Positions 1 through 9,330 of a stretch of DNA of 64,000 nt are shown here, in pieces (position 1 is the first letter of the stretch; each line of letters begins with the position of its first letter). The notes beneath the pieces were generated by a model. That model was not told the origin of the DNA, did no database searches, and saw nothing but the letters and a program-made list of their open reading frames with translations. Both the position numbers and the translations under genes were made by a program. Origin of the DNA: Armatimonadota bacterium (lineage in GTDB: Bacteria > Armatimonadota > UBA5829 > DTLH01); the NCBI GenBank assembly GCA_038207085.1, contig JBBRAE010000002.1, forward strand, positions 64,001 through 128,000. Direction: 5' to 3'.

Positions 1-188
1 GGCTGCTTGACGATGAGGAGATTCGCGCGGTCGACGCCGGAGTGGTGTCTGCCGCTGATGCTGCGCTTCGTGCGCTTGTGTCGGTCGCCACAAAGGGCAG
101 AGGGTGCCACTGTGGGCAGACGATGGAACGCTACAGGCGTCGCGGGGACATTGGAGACGACTGGCGGCAGTGGGTGAAGCGCCCCTGA
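1..188 (+). CDS. 3' end of a gene entering from the left edge; possibly MTAP/purine nucleoside phosphorylase family
   Basis: Open frame from base 3 (LLDDEEIRAV...GCHCGQTMERYRRRGDIGDDWRQWVKRP) ending at TGA 186-188. Family guess rests on the C-terminal CxC tail only. Confidence 0.35.
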   Translation, partial: LLDDEEIRAVDAGVVSAADAALRALVSVATKGRGCHCGQTMERYRRRGDIGDDWRQWVKRP

Positions 189-255
189 ATCGTATTGTTG
201 ATGGGCTTCCGGCGTGATATAATCAAATCAGTCTTGAAGGAGTCTTCCTGAAATT

Positions 256-774
256 ATGAACTGGCGATCAAAACGAGGTAGAAAAGGTTGGGCCGTCGAT
301 CCGGTGGACGATGCGCGGGTTGGACTGCGGGAGCGCATCGGCGGCAACGACCGTCTGTGGACGTGTTTTGCAGGTGTGGTGATCGTGCTTGGTGTGATCG
401 GGATAGCCTATCATCCCGCGCGGGAGACAGGCAAAGTCGCCAAAGCGCCGATGGTAGCATCGGAGCGCGTTCTCAGTGCGTTGGAACGCCGAACGTTTCT
501 TCGTGAGTTCGATCGGATCACTCGAAAACGAGGTGTTCCAGTAGAGGCTCAGTTCGAGGGTGGACGTCACCTGAAGCTTGTTATGGCAAACGATGTTGAC
601 ATGGACAACCTCCATTACCTTTCAAGGACTGCCGCGCTGGTGCTTTACCGTCGATATCACATAGACCCCACCGTATCAACGTACACAAATGACATCAAGA
701 CCTCTATTCCCAGACTTGCTGCCGTGACTCGTTGGGACCGCTTTGCCGGTGACTACTCAGTCAAGAACAAATGA
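256..774 (+). CDS. hypothetical single-pass membrane protein
   Basis: 172 aa ORF with one hydrophobic segment (CFAGVVIVLGVIGIAY); TATAAT upstream. Confidence 0.7.
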   Translation: MNWRSKRGRKGWAVDPVDDARVGLRERIGGNDRLWTCFAGVVIVLGVIGIAYHPARETGKVAKAPMVASERVLSALERRTFLREFDRITRKRGVPVEAQFEGGRHLKLVMANDVDMDNLHYLSRTAALVLYRRYHIDPTVSTYTNDIKTSIPRLAAVTRWDRFAGDYSVKNK

Positions 775-923
775 GTTGAGTTAGGACTGACTCGTCGTGA
801 TCGGCGGCGCTATCTCTTAAATGTCTACTGCTTGGCGATCGAACATATGTGCGGTATGTCTGGTGCATCTGCCTCCTGGGTATAGTGTATCTGAGCTGTT
901 TATAATCAGTTGGAGGTAGAGCT

Positions 924-1634
924 ATGCGAAGAGTTTCTTTTGTTGCGGTTTTGGTCTTTGTGCTGGTTTGTGGGCGGTTGGCTGTGGCCCAGGTAGACGG
1001 GCGAGCCGTTATGGACATGATCCACGGCATCTCGGTGAGTGGCACGGCTGAGGTTAGCGCTGCTCCGGATATTGCTTATGTGACACTTGGTGTCAGATCG
1101 CGCGTGAAGACTGCTGCTGAGGCAGTGCGGGACAACGCGGGCGCTATGAACCGGGTTATGGAGGCGCTGAAACGTGGGGGCATCGGGAAGGCAGACATCG
1201 AAACAGTGCAGTATTCTCTTCAGCCCGTGTATGAGTATCCTCAAAACTCACCACAGAGACTTGTAGGTTATGAGGCGACAAACATGGTTAGGGTGACTGT
1301 AAGGGATCTGACCCGTGTTGGAACGTTAGTAGATGCCACTTCTGCGGCTGGGGCAAATGTAGTGCAGGACGTGTCGTTCTCTGTTCGGGATGAGTCGACG
1401 TTCCGTGCCAAAGCGCTTGCACTGGCGGCTCAGGATGCAAAGAGTAAAGCGGCGACCATCGCCACTGCGTTTGGGGTGAGCCTCGGGCGGTTGACTGATG
1501 TGAACGAGTCGGGAACTCCCGTTGTGATTCCTTACGTGCTTAGCGCGGAGTCTGCCAAGGCGAGTACTCCCATATCGCCTCAGCAGGTGCAGGTAAGAGC
1601 GAGTCTTACGGTGACCTTTGCGATTGATCCGTAA
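924..1634 (+). CDS. SIMPL domain (DUF541) exported protein
   Basis: Signal peptide, ISVSGTAEVSAAPDIAYVTLGV, GYEATNMVRV, C-terminal VRASLTVTF; GGAGG RBS. Confidence 0.9.
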   Translation: MRRVSFVAVLVFVLVCGRLAVAQVDGRAVMDMIHGISVSGTAEVSAAPDIAYVTLGVRSRVKTAAEAVRDNAGAMNRVMEALKRGGIGKADIETVQYSLQPVYEYPQNSPQRLVGYEATNMVRVTVRDLTRVGTLVDATSAAGANVVQDVSFSVRDESTFRAKALALAAQDAKSKAATIATAFGVSLGRLTDVNESGTPVVIPYVLSAESAKASTPISPQQVQVRASLTVTFAIDP

Positions 1635-1724
1635 TCGAGCCTCTCGTTGACACCTGGTAAATGTAGTGGTAAACTCGTCTTGTGGGCGCGAGAAAATATT
1701 AGTAAAGTTTTTTCGCAAATGGCC

Positions 1725-1752
1725 TAAAGAAGCTTGTGGCAGTGGCCGATAA
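1725..1752 (+). promoter_or_regulatory. sigma28 (FliA/SigD)-type promoter
   Basis: TAAA(1725-28)-N16-GCCGATAA(1745-52) upstream of flgM. Confidence 0.75.
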
Positions 1753-1774
1753 TCGGGATGTAGACAACATGTAA

Positions 1775-1866
1775 TCCGATAAAGGCAAACTCTTCGAAAG
1801 AAGGGGACGCAAAGCCGCAGGGGCTTCCTCCCGCATATATGCGAGAGATGCTGGCCAGGCCGCCGT
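1775..1866 (+). ncRNA. cyclic di-GMP-I (GEMM) riboswitch
   Basis: AAAGGCAAAC-TCTTC-GAAA-GAAGG-GGACGCAAAGCC...GGCCAGGCCGCCG matches the GEMM consensus (GNRA-capped P2, GACGCAAAGCC junction). Confidence 0.9.
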
Positions 1867-1933
1867 TCTTCCTGATTCGATGGTTTGCCTTTTTTGCATG
1901 GTGGCCGGGGAGTCGGGGTCAGGAGCAGAGACG

Positions 1934-2236
1934 ATGAAGATTTCTATCAACGAGTGTGGACGCGCTGCGGCTTCGAACGACGATATGATCAAGGAGCGGA
2001 TTCTTCCGGAGAAGATGCCCCGGAAGGGTTCGGCGGCTCCTGCGGATTATTCGCACCTTACGCCACTGGAGCAGGGTATTCGCGTGGCAGAGGAGGCGCT
2101 TGCCTCGGTGCCCGATGTCCGAGAGAGTGTTGTCGAGGACCTGCGCAGGCGCATCAATAGTGGTGAATACAAGATAAGCGGCGAAGAAGTGGCCGATATG
2201 ATGCTTAGGCGAAGGGCGGCCGACCGTATCAGGTAG
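1934..2236 (+). CDS. flgM: anti-sigma28 factor FlgM family protein
   Basis: 100 aa; C-terminal VPDVRESVVEDLRRRINSGEYKISGEEVADMM is the FlgM signature; AGGAG RBS. Confidence 0.85.
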   Translation: MKISINECGRAAASNDDMIKERILPEKMPRKGSAAPADYSHLTPLEQGIRVAEEALASVPDVRESVVEDLRRRINSGEYKISGEEVADMMLRRRAADRIR

Positions 2237-2266
2237 CAGAGTCTGCGTCCTTGAACTGGAGATTTT

Positions 2267-2294
2267 GAGAGGCCGGTAAGTTGGCCTCTCTTTT
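2267..2294 (+). terminator. intrinsic terminator after flgM
   Basis: GAGAGGCC-N8-GGCCTCTC followed by TTTT. Confidence 0.75.
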
Positions 2295-2372
2295 CATGTG
2301 TACCGTGTTGGAGGATTGGGCTGTGCTTGTGGCGAAGATAGTAGTTACTCGTATGTGCGTGGAGAGCGATTG

Positions 2373-3149
2373 ATGGGTTTTACGTTTGCTGTAGTTAACC
2401 AGAAGGGTGGGGTCGGCAAGACGACGACTTCCGTGAACCTTGCCGCGTGTGCCGCTGCGGAAGGTGAGAGGGTTTTGCTCGTAGATACCGACCCGCAGGG
2501 CAATGCGACAAGCGGGGTAGGTGTTGTGAAGTCGAGTCTTCGTGCGTGCGTGTACGATGTATTGATCAATGACGAGTCTATCGAGAATGTCGTTGTGAAG
2601 ACCGATACCCCTAATCTCGACCTTGTCCCGGCTCGTCTCGATCTTGCAGGTGCTGACATAGAGCTTATGTCTATGATGTCACGGGAGATGAAGCTCAAGA
2701 ATGCGCTTGCCAGTGTGAAGGATAAGTACTCACTGATCATCATTGATTGTCCGCCGTCCCTTGGCCTGATCACCATCAACGTGCTCACCGCTGCTGATTA
2801 TGTGATTATGCCGATTCAGTGCGAGTATTATGCTCTTGAGGGAATCAGTCAGCTTCTGCGGACCGTGGAACTGGTTCGCCAGCATCTGAACCCGGCGCTT
2901 GAAATTGCGAAAGTCCTGCTGACGATGTACGATTATCGGACGAACCTTTCTCAGCAGGTTGTCAAAGAGGTTCAGGTTTTCTTTCCTGATCAAGTGTCCG
3001 AGATTCTTGTTCCGCGAAACGTTCGTCTTTCGGAGGCGCCGAGCCATGGTTTGCCGATTATCGCTTATGATCCCAAGTCGAAAGGTGCGGAGGCCTATAA
3101 GAGGTTCTCTGCTGAGGTGGTAGCATTTGGAAAAGAGAGGGCTAGGTAG
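2373..3149 (+). CDS. parA: chromosome partitioning ATPase ParA/Soj
   Basis: NQKGGVGKTTT deviant Walker A, DTDPQGNAT, IIIDCPPSLG, PRNVRLSEAPSHG. Confidence 0.97.
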   Translation: MGFTFAVVNQKGGVGKTTTSVNLAACAAAEGERVLLVDTDPQGNATSGVGVVKSSLRACVYDVLINDESIENVVVKTDTPNLDLVPARLDLAGADIELMSMMSREMKLKNALASVKDKYSLIIIDCPPSLGLITINVLTAADYVIMPIQCEYYALEGISQLLRTVELVRQHLNPALEIAKVLLTMYDYRTNLSQQVVKEVQVFFPDQVSEILVPRNVRLSEAPSHGLPIIAYDPKSKGAEAYKRFSAEVVAFGKERAR

Positions 3150-3990
3150 GGGCCTCGGAGCGCTTATCCCTGGCGCTGACCGGGAAGAGCGGGCTCCGAT
3201 GGAGATCCCTATAGATCGTATAGAGTTTAACAGATACCAGCCGCGCAAGAGCATAAACGATGAGAAGTTCCAGGAATTGGTTCGCTCTGTGCGGCTTCAC
3301 GGTATTTTGCAGCCCATTGTCGTACGTACGTCTGGTGTTGATCGCTATGAACTTGTTGCTGGTGAACGCAGACTGCGTGCGGCTACGCAGTCCGGCCTGT
3401 CGCGCATACCGGCGGTCGTCAAGGAGTTCACGGACGAGCAGAGCCTGGAAGTGGCGTTGATCGAGAACTTGCAACGTGAGGACATCGGGTGTCTGGACAG
3501 TGCGGTAGCATACAAGAAACTGGTTGACGAATTCGGCTTGACCCAGGATGAGATTGCATTTCGGCTGGGTAAGAGTCGTCCGAGTATCGCAAATACGCTT
3601 AGGCTCCTGAATCTGCCGGACGGAATTCAACAGAGCTTGCTTGCCGGAGAAATCACGGAAGGTCACGCCCGAGCTATTCTGGGTATCGGAGAGCTGGATC
3701 GACAGATGGACGTGTGGCGTCGCGTGGTCGCCGGCAAGTTATCTGTGCGGGAAACAGAGAAGCTGTGCCGTGAAACCCCGGTCGGGAATGTTTCACGTGA
3801 AACATTGTCTGCGCCCGTAGAGTCGGCACTGCCTCGTGATCCCAATCTGGATGCCGTTGAGGAGCATCTCAGGCGGCTGTTTGGGACGCGCGTAACGATC
3901 AGTGCTGGCAAGGACAGGGGTAGGATAGTGATTGAATACTACAACGAGGACGATCTGACGCGGTTGCTCACGTTGCTTGGTGCGGACTAA
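3127..3990 (+). CDS. parB: chromosome partitioning protein ParB/Spo0J
   Basis: KRGLGRGLGALIP, YQPR, GILQPIVVR, AGERRLRA, LIENLQRED, HTH. Confidence 0.97.
   Translation: MEKRGLGRGLGALIPGADREERAPMEIPIDRIEFNRYQPRKSINDEKFQELVRSVRLHGILQPIVVRTSGVDRYELVAGERRLRAATQSGLSRIPAVVKEFTDEQSLEVALIENLQREDIGCLDSAVAYKKLVDEFGLTQDEIAFRLGKSRPSIANTLRLLNLPDGIQQSLLAGEITEGHARAILGIGELDRQMDVWRRVVAGKLSVRETEKLCRETPVGNVSRETLSAPVESALPRDPNLDAVEEHLRRLFGTRVTISAGKDRGRIVIEYYNEDDLTRLLTLLGAD
3789..3804. promoter_or_regulatory. parS centromere site inside parB
   Basis: Perfect palindrome TGTTTCACGTGAAACA. Confidence 0.92.
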
Positions 3991-4002
3991 TAAGGGGAGA
4001 CG

Positions 4003-4590
4003 ATGCGGCAGTGTGCAATTAGGCGTAAGTCGCTTGTGCTTGTGATCATTTTGGCCACGTGTTTCGCGTATGTCGGTGGAAGGTTCTTAGTTGGACCTCT
4101 ACTTAGCCGAGCATCCACGGTCAGAGTCACTAGCGTCGACAGTGCGACACCTCATATTAATCTAGCGCAATCGTTACCGACTCATCAGTTGTTGCGAAGT
4201 CGTGCGCTGGAACGCGAGGTTGTGACGTCTGAAAGCTCCAAGCCGCGGGTACATTCTCAGTCTCTTCGCGTTAGAGCCGACAATGATGCCTGGGCCCATG
4301 CCACACCACGTCTCGATGAACCGTCCACTGCTGCCGATTCCACCAACTCAATGGGCAAGGGTTATGTGCTACGGGTTGGCAGCTACTCACAGGAGTCTCA
4401 AGCGGACAGTGTTGGACAGTCGATCGCTAGGTTGGGTTACAAAGTGACGGTGACTCAGCGTGGCAGGGCGGATAAACCACGATTCAATGTGTCTGTCGGG
4501 CCTTTTGCGAACCAGGCTGCCACGCGAGAGGCGGAGGCAGCGATAAAGGATGCTGGTGTAGAGGCTGTGGATGCCCCATCTGACCGCTAG
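4003..4590 (+). CDS. SPOR domain protein with N-terminal membrane anchor
   Basis: TM segment, linker, C-terminal YVLRVGSYS...FNVSVGPFANQAAT. Confidence 0.8.
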   Translation: MRQCAIRRKSLVLVIILATCFAYVGGRFLVGPLLSRASTVRVTSVDSATPHINLAQSLPTHQLLRSRALEREVVTSESSKPRVHSQSLRVRADNDAWAHATPRLDEPSTAADSTNSMGKGYVLRVGSYSQESQADSVGQSIARLGYKVTVTQRGRADKPRFNVSVGPFANQAATREAEAAIKDAGVEAVDAPSDR

Positions 4591-4704
4591 TGGTGGCTTG
4601 GTGTCCTTGTGAATCAAATCCTTCAGAATATTTCCTCTTTTATGCGAACATATCGAGCACAACCCCTGTCTAATACATGTCTCGACAATATGTATACTTA
4701 TAGA

Positions 4705-4876
4705 CGACCAGCGGAGACAACGTCGGACTACAATCAGGTTGGGGAAACCGCGAGCGGATGGATACCTCGAGTTCCGTGTGCGTAACGAGCAAACACACGG
4801 TCGGGGATGCGCTGATGTGACTTTGCAAATAGCCAAGTGGCATTTGCTGTGCACCGTCCGCGTTGGCGGGCCGCTA
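4705..4876 (+). ncRNA. candidate structured ncRNA with 6S-like fold
   Basis: Closing stem AGCGG/CCGCT, CAACG/CGTTG, CGGAC/GTCCG; apical stem CTCGA/TCGGG and CCGTGTG/CACACGG; TATACT at 4693-98. Confidence 0.45.
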
Positions 4877-5025
4877 CGGGATGATTGGGAGCCTGCAGGC
4901 TGTTGGGAGCTCGATTAATATAGTCAATCATGCTTTTGGCGACAATGTGACGTGTGGATCACTCGGCAGCAGTTCTCAGAGTGGTTCTGGCAAGGCAGCA
5001 GCGTGCTTCAACAGTAAAAACAACG

Positions 5026-5106
5026 TTAGCCTGCATTATTCACGAGGAGCGTGAATAATGCTTTGCTAGCGAGAGCTTTATTCGCTTCACGAATAAAGCG
5101 GGCTAG
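5026..5106 (+). repeat. two-hairpin MITE/REP-like element, full copy 1
   Basis: TAG-CCTGCATTATTCACG-N5-CGTGAATAATGC...GCTTTATTCG-N5-CGAATAAAGCGGGC-TAG; five copies in window. Confidence 0.9.
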
Positions 5107-5687
5107 GATTGTGGAGTCATGTCCGAAATCTGCATCCTAAACAATGGCTGTTAGCGTCGGTCAGTTGTGGTGATACATTAACTAGCCCCCAATGTGTGCG
5201 GACTACTGGTAGTGAACAGTTGCCATTCTGCGTCTTGCGGGAAGTGTCTGGTGGGACTGACAGTTATATCGGCATCAGGGTGACAATTATGGGGTAGCTG
5301 GAGTGTGTGCGAGTGTGATAGGGTGGATTTAGATGTGTTTGGTATTCGTAGCACGAGTTGAGGTTCCGTGAGATGCGCCCGAGCGACCATCCTTTAGTAT
5401 CCCAGTGCCGCGCACCCTGCAATGCTGTGGCGCGACATTTCTATATTGTTGCTCAAAGGATCTGCAGGGATGTGGCTGGGAACTTGGCACTGCAGGAAAG
5501 GCATTGCGAGGTGTGCCATGTTTGCTCGTGTCCTACGGAGTGATTCTATCCTTGGAAAACTATGGATTTGGTTCGGAACAGGCGTAGGTGATCGTAATTT
5601 TGGAATTTAGAGGAGGATGATCTATCTCAACAATTGACACTCCCGACTCTGGTATTGTACAATCACAATGACAAGGAGGCTCTTGAA

Positions 5688-6569
5688 ATGAAGCGACAAA
5701 AAGGTTTTACACTTATTGAGCTGTTGGTCGTTATCGCGATCATCGCAATTCTTGCTGCGATTCTCTTCCCAGTTTTTGCAAAGGCTAGAGAAGCCGCCCG
5801 CAACACTAGCTGCATTCAGAACATGAACCAGATCGGCAAGGCTATGAAAAGCTATCAGACCGACTGGGAAGACATGTATCCCACGAATCGTGGCTGGTCC
5901 CTCCCAGGAAGAATCCTGGTACCTGCAACTATAGGCATCGACGGAATCTGCAGCCACGTTGCGCTATCACCAACGGATACCACTGGCACAATGAACCCAG
6001 AGCCTAGATTCGATGGTGGTATCAACTGGGTGGAGGCGTTGCAGTCATATGTTGACAAGCTGGCTGAACAAGGTGACGCCCAGTCGATTTGGAAGTGCCC
6101 AAGCGCATCCACGGACGTGAGCGGATTTGCTTATGAATCCACTGCAAATGTGTCTCGGCCCAATTTGCTTGCTCCTGGACCGCTTACCGCTACGGTTACC
6201 TACGCGCTGAACTTCAACCTGTTGGAAATGCCAGACGCAAGCGTTAAGTATCCCGGTAACACGCTAATGCTTCGTGAAACTTACAGGCTGGTTGGTTCTG
6301 CCGCGTTCGGCAAACCCACTACCGCTGGCGGTGTGCCTCAAGACGTCTTCCTAACATCTGAAGACAATATTGGCGCGTCAGCGGATGGCACTCCCGCGAA
6401 ACCGAAAGTTCACCAGGCGGGATCGAACATGCTTTTTGTCGATGGACACACCAAGACCATATCGACAGCAAAGATGCCTACCACGATCGATCCTGCATGG
6501 GTGGATAGCAGAAAAGTATATTGGAACGCTCCTGACGGTGATGCGCGAACGATCGCGGTCACTCCGTAA
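5688..6569 (+). CDS. prepilin-type N-terminal cleavage/methylation protein with H-X9-DG motif (DUF1559-like)
   Basis: [34 protein letters not shown] and [13 protein letters not shown]. Confidence 0.92.
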   Translation: MKRQKGFTLIELLVVIAIIAILAAILFPVFAKAREAARNTSCIQNMNQIGKAMKSYQTDWEDMYPTNRGWSLPGRILVPATIGIDGICSHVALSPTDTTGTMNPEPRFDGGINWVEALQSYVDKLAEQGDAQSIWKCPSASTDVSGFAYESTANVSRPNLLAPGPLTATVTYALNFNLLEMPDASVKYPGNTLMLRETYRLVGSAAFGKPTTAGGVPQDVFLTSEDNIGASADGTPAKPKVHQAGSNMLFVDGHTKTISTAKMPTTIDPAWVDSRKVYWNAPDGDARTIAVTP

Positions 6570-6585
6570 ACTGAAACTAATCCTC

Positions 6586-6626
6586 GGCCCCGCGAAAACT
6601 TAGCTTCGCGGGGCTGTTTTTGTTTT
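6586..6626 (+). terminator. intrinsic terminator
   Basis: GGCCCCGCGAA...TTCGCGGGGCT plus T-rich tail. Confidence 0.75.
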
Positions 6627-6642
6627 GGAATGCGACGAGGCA

Positions 6643-6683
6643 CTAGCGAGAGCTTTATTCGCTTTACGAATAAAGCGGGCTAG
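6643..6683 (+). repeat. MITE/REP-like element, half copy 2
   Basis: CTAGCGAGAGCTTTATTCGCTTTACGAATAAAGCGGGCTAG; overlaps the stop codon of the epimerase. Confidence 0.88.
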
Positions 6684-7735
6684 AGCCCCAGGCCGGACGA
6701 CTCAGTGGGGCGGAGCATTGCGCCGGCGCGGTGGAATCCTCCACTGCCGGAGTCGGCTAGAAGCAGGTCTCCGTCGAGATCAAAATGCCTGAATCCAGAA
6801 GCGGCGCACGCGACTTGAAGGGCTGCGGCTATCCCAACACGCGGCTCGATCATACATCCGAGCATCAGATCAAGCCCATATTGAGCGCAGATCCTTGCGA
6901 TCTCAAGTGCGCCAAAGACTCCGGACTTCATAATCTTTACGTTTATCCCGCGAACCGCCCGGCGTTCGGCAAGACGGATCACATCCTCGGGAGTCTGCGC
7001 GCTTTCGTCGGCGAAAACAGGCACCTGCAGCCTCTCAGTGACGTACACAAGCCCGTCGATGTCCCCTGCATCGACCGGCTGCTCGAAAAGCACTACCTCC
7101 ACCCCCCAGGCTACTAGCCTCTCCATAAAGTCGACAGCGTCGCGCGGGGCGAACCCCTGGTTTGCGTCCACGATCAGGCACGAGCCCGGCACCGCCTCGG
7201 TGATAGCCACTGCCCGAGCAATATCCTGATCCGGGTCCGTGCCGCTCACCTTGACCTTGAACCTTCGAAATCCAAGCGCCCCGGCGTGTCGCGTGAGTTC
7301 CACTGCGTGGGCAGGAGGGACTACGGGGATTGTCAGATCGGTCTCGATGCTCCGAGACGTGCCGCCCAGGAGAACATAGGACGGTTTGCCTGCCAGCTTT
7401 CCGGCCGCGTCGATGATCGCCATCTCGACGCCGGCTCTGGCGCTTGGGGAAGCTGGCAGCGCTTCAGCGAGTCGGGCTCCAAGAGTCAGGAACGCCGAAA
7501 CGTCCTGCCCGACAATCGCCTGAGCGGCGCGCTCGACGTCGGCGGCGACCGACTGCACCGTTTCTCCGGTCACATACGCAAGAGGAGTCGATGCGCCAAA
7601 GCCCAATATTCCACCCTCAATGACAAGCTCGACATACACCGTGTTCGACACGTTCGCCCGCCGCTTTGCCGTCTCAAACGGCTCTTTAAGCGGCATTTGG
7701 ACGTGTCGGGAAGAAATTCCAACAATTCTACTCAT
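6680..7735 (-). CDS. dipeptide epimerase (L-Ala-D/L-Glu epimerase, enolase superfamily)
   Basis: FKVKV, VDANQG, FEQP, FADES, NVKIMKSG, GCMIE, DLDG motifs. Confidence 0.9.
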   Translation of the reverse strand: MSRIVGISSRHVQMPLKEPFETAKRRANVSNTVYVELVIEGGILGFGASTPLAYVTGETVQSVAADVERAAQAIVGQDVSAFLTLGARLAEALPASPSARAGVEMAIIDAAGKLAGKPSYVLLGGTSRSIETDLTIPVVPPAHAVELTRHAGALGFRRFKVKVSGTDPDQDIARAVAITEAVPGSCLIVDANQGFAPRDAVDFMERLVAWGVEVVLFEQPVDAGDIDGLVYVTERLQVPVFADESAQTPEDVIRLAERRAVRGINVKIMKSGVFGALEIARICAQYGLDLMLGCMIEPRVGIAAALQVACAASGFRHFDLDGDLLLADSGSGGFHRAGAMLRPTESSGLGL

Positions 7736-7776
7736 AGTGGCTTGATTATAGCAGGGATTTGGGCGTATAAACAGAT

Positions 7777-9222
7777 ATGAAACTGTTGAATAGGCATCTG
7801 ATGCTACTGTTGGCGCTCACGGTGACGAGCGTCGCCCAGGCCGACGCGAATCTTTCTAGCAGGATCGACCGGCTACTTGCGAGCCCTGCGCTTGTGCATG
7901 GCACACAGGGGGTGATCGTTCAATCGCTTTCAACCGGACGGGTGCTCTATGAGCGAAACGCCGACCTCGCGCTTGTCCCGGCGTCGAACTTCAAGCTATT
8001 GGTATCTGCGGCGGCTCTTGACCGGTTCGGGCCGGAACACAGACTGCTCACCCGGGTCTGTTTCACGGGAAACGTTGGGTCTAACGGTGCGCTATCAGGC
8101 GACATCGTGCTTGTTGGGGGCGGGGACCCCTTGTTTAGCCGCGCCGACCTCTTGGAGCTTGCGCGGGCGGTGGCGGCAAAGGGGGTTCGCAGCGTAACTG
8201 GAGCGGTTGTAGGTGACGACACGCTCTTTGACGATGTGCGCCTTGGCCTGGGGTGGGCCTGGAGCGATGAGCCCTATTACTACTCGGCGGAGATCAGCGC
8301 GCTCTGTCTGGATGGCAACGCGGTCGACGTCTACGTGTCGCCGGGAGCTGGGGCAGGGGAGTCGGCGCGGGTGCGGATCGATCCGCCGACCTCGTTTGTT
8401 CGGGTGGAGAACACTGCGGTTACGGCCCTGTCCGGGGAAGACTCGATCTCCGTCAGTCGGGTGCACGGCAGAAATGTGATTCGGGTGACCGGGAATGTTC
8501 CGGTTGGCTTGCAGGTGAAAGGTCCGATTGAGAGGATCTCGGTGGTTGACCCGGCACTATACGCTGCAACCGAGTTTCGTTCGGCGCTTGAGGCCTCTGG
8601 GGTTAAGGTAGCAGGGCGGACGTTCACTCGCAAGCTTTCTCTAGGTTCGACTCCGGCGGCGGAGCATCTGTCCCCTCCGCTTTCGGTGATTCTTTCCAAG
8701 CTGCTCAAGCCAAGCGACAATCTGATCGCTGAGGTGCTCTTCAAGTCGCTTGGTGCCGCGACATCTGGGGTTGGTACGGCTGAGACCGCGCAGGCGGCTG
8801 AAATCGAGTTCATCAAGCGCTCTGGGATGGATCCGGGCGCGGTATCGATCGCAGACGGCTCGGGACTCTCTCGCAGAGACTATACAACACCGCAAAACCT
8901 TGTTCTGCTGCTTAAGTATATGTGGGGCCACAAAAACGGGCGGGTGTTCATCGACGCCCTTCCAATTGCCGGGGTCGATGGCACGCTGCGCAACCGGATG
9001 AAAGGGACCGCTGCCGCCGGAAACGTTCGAGCCAAAACCGGGTATGTCAGCCGCGTGAGCTGTCTATCGGGGTACGTTACGACAAAATCGGGTGATCCTT
9101 TGGCTTTTTCCATTATGATGAACGGTCACCTCTGTCCAAACTCTGATGCGACCAGGGTGCAGGATGCGATTTGTGAGGCTCTGGCAGGCTACAACGCTGA
9201 GTTATTGCCACAAACGCGTTAG
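7777..9222 (+). CDS. dacB: D-alanyl-D-alanine carboxypeptidase/endopeptidase (PBP4, peptidase S13)
   Basis: PASNFK (SxxK), GGGDP, SDN, DGSGLSR, AKTG. Confidence 0.93.
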   Translation: MKLLNRHLMLLLALTVTSVAQADANLSSRIDRLLASPALVHGTQGVIVQSLSTGRVLYERNADLALVPASNFKLLVSAAALDRFGPEHRLLTRVCFTGNVGSNGALSGDIVLVGGGDPLFSRADLLELARAVAAKGVRSVTGAVVGDDTLFDDVRLGLGWAWSDEPYYYSAEISALCLDGNAVDVYVSPGAGAGESARVRIDPPTSFVRVENTAVTALSGEDSISVSRVHGRNVIRVTGNVPVGLQVKGPIERISVVDPALYAATEFRSALEASGVKVAGRTFTRKLSLGSTPAAEHLSPPLSVILSKLLKPSDNLIAEVLFKSLGAATSGVGTAETAQAAEIEFIKRSGMDPGAVSIADGSGLSRRDYTTPQNLVLLLKYMWGHKNGRVFIDALPIAGVDGTLRNRMKGTAAAGNVRAKTGYVSRVSCLSGYVTTKSGDPLAFSIMMNGHLCPNSDATRVQDAICEALAGYNAELLPQTR

Positions 9223-9330
9223 AACGTATATAATTAAACGTTGCACTAGTACCGGATTAGCCTGATTCTTCGGCTTCGGCAAAGAATAAGTTCCAGGTTA
9301 AGCGTGCACTAGGATGAGGGAGGTCGCGCT

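Noticed and set aside
840..853. LexA-like box CGAAC-ATAT-GTGCG upstream of the SIMPL gene
   Set aside because: Single site with a mismatch, no DNA-repair gene downstream, and the lineage's LexA motif is unknown to me
4590..5680. oriC in the long intergenic region
   Set aside because: No cluster of DnaA boxes; only one near match (TGTGGATCA)
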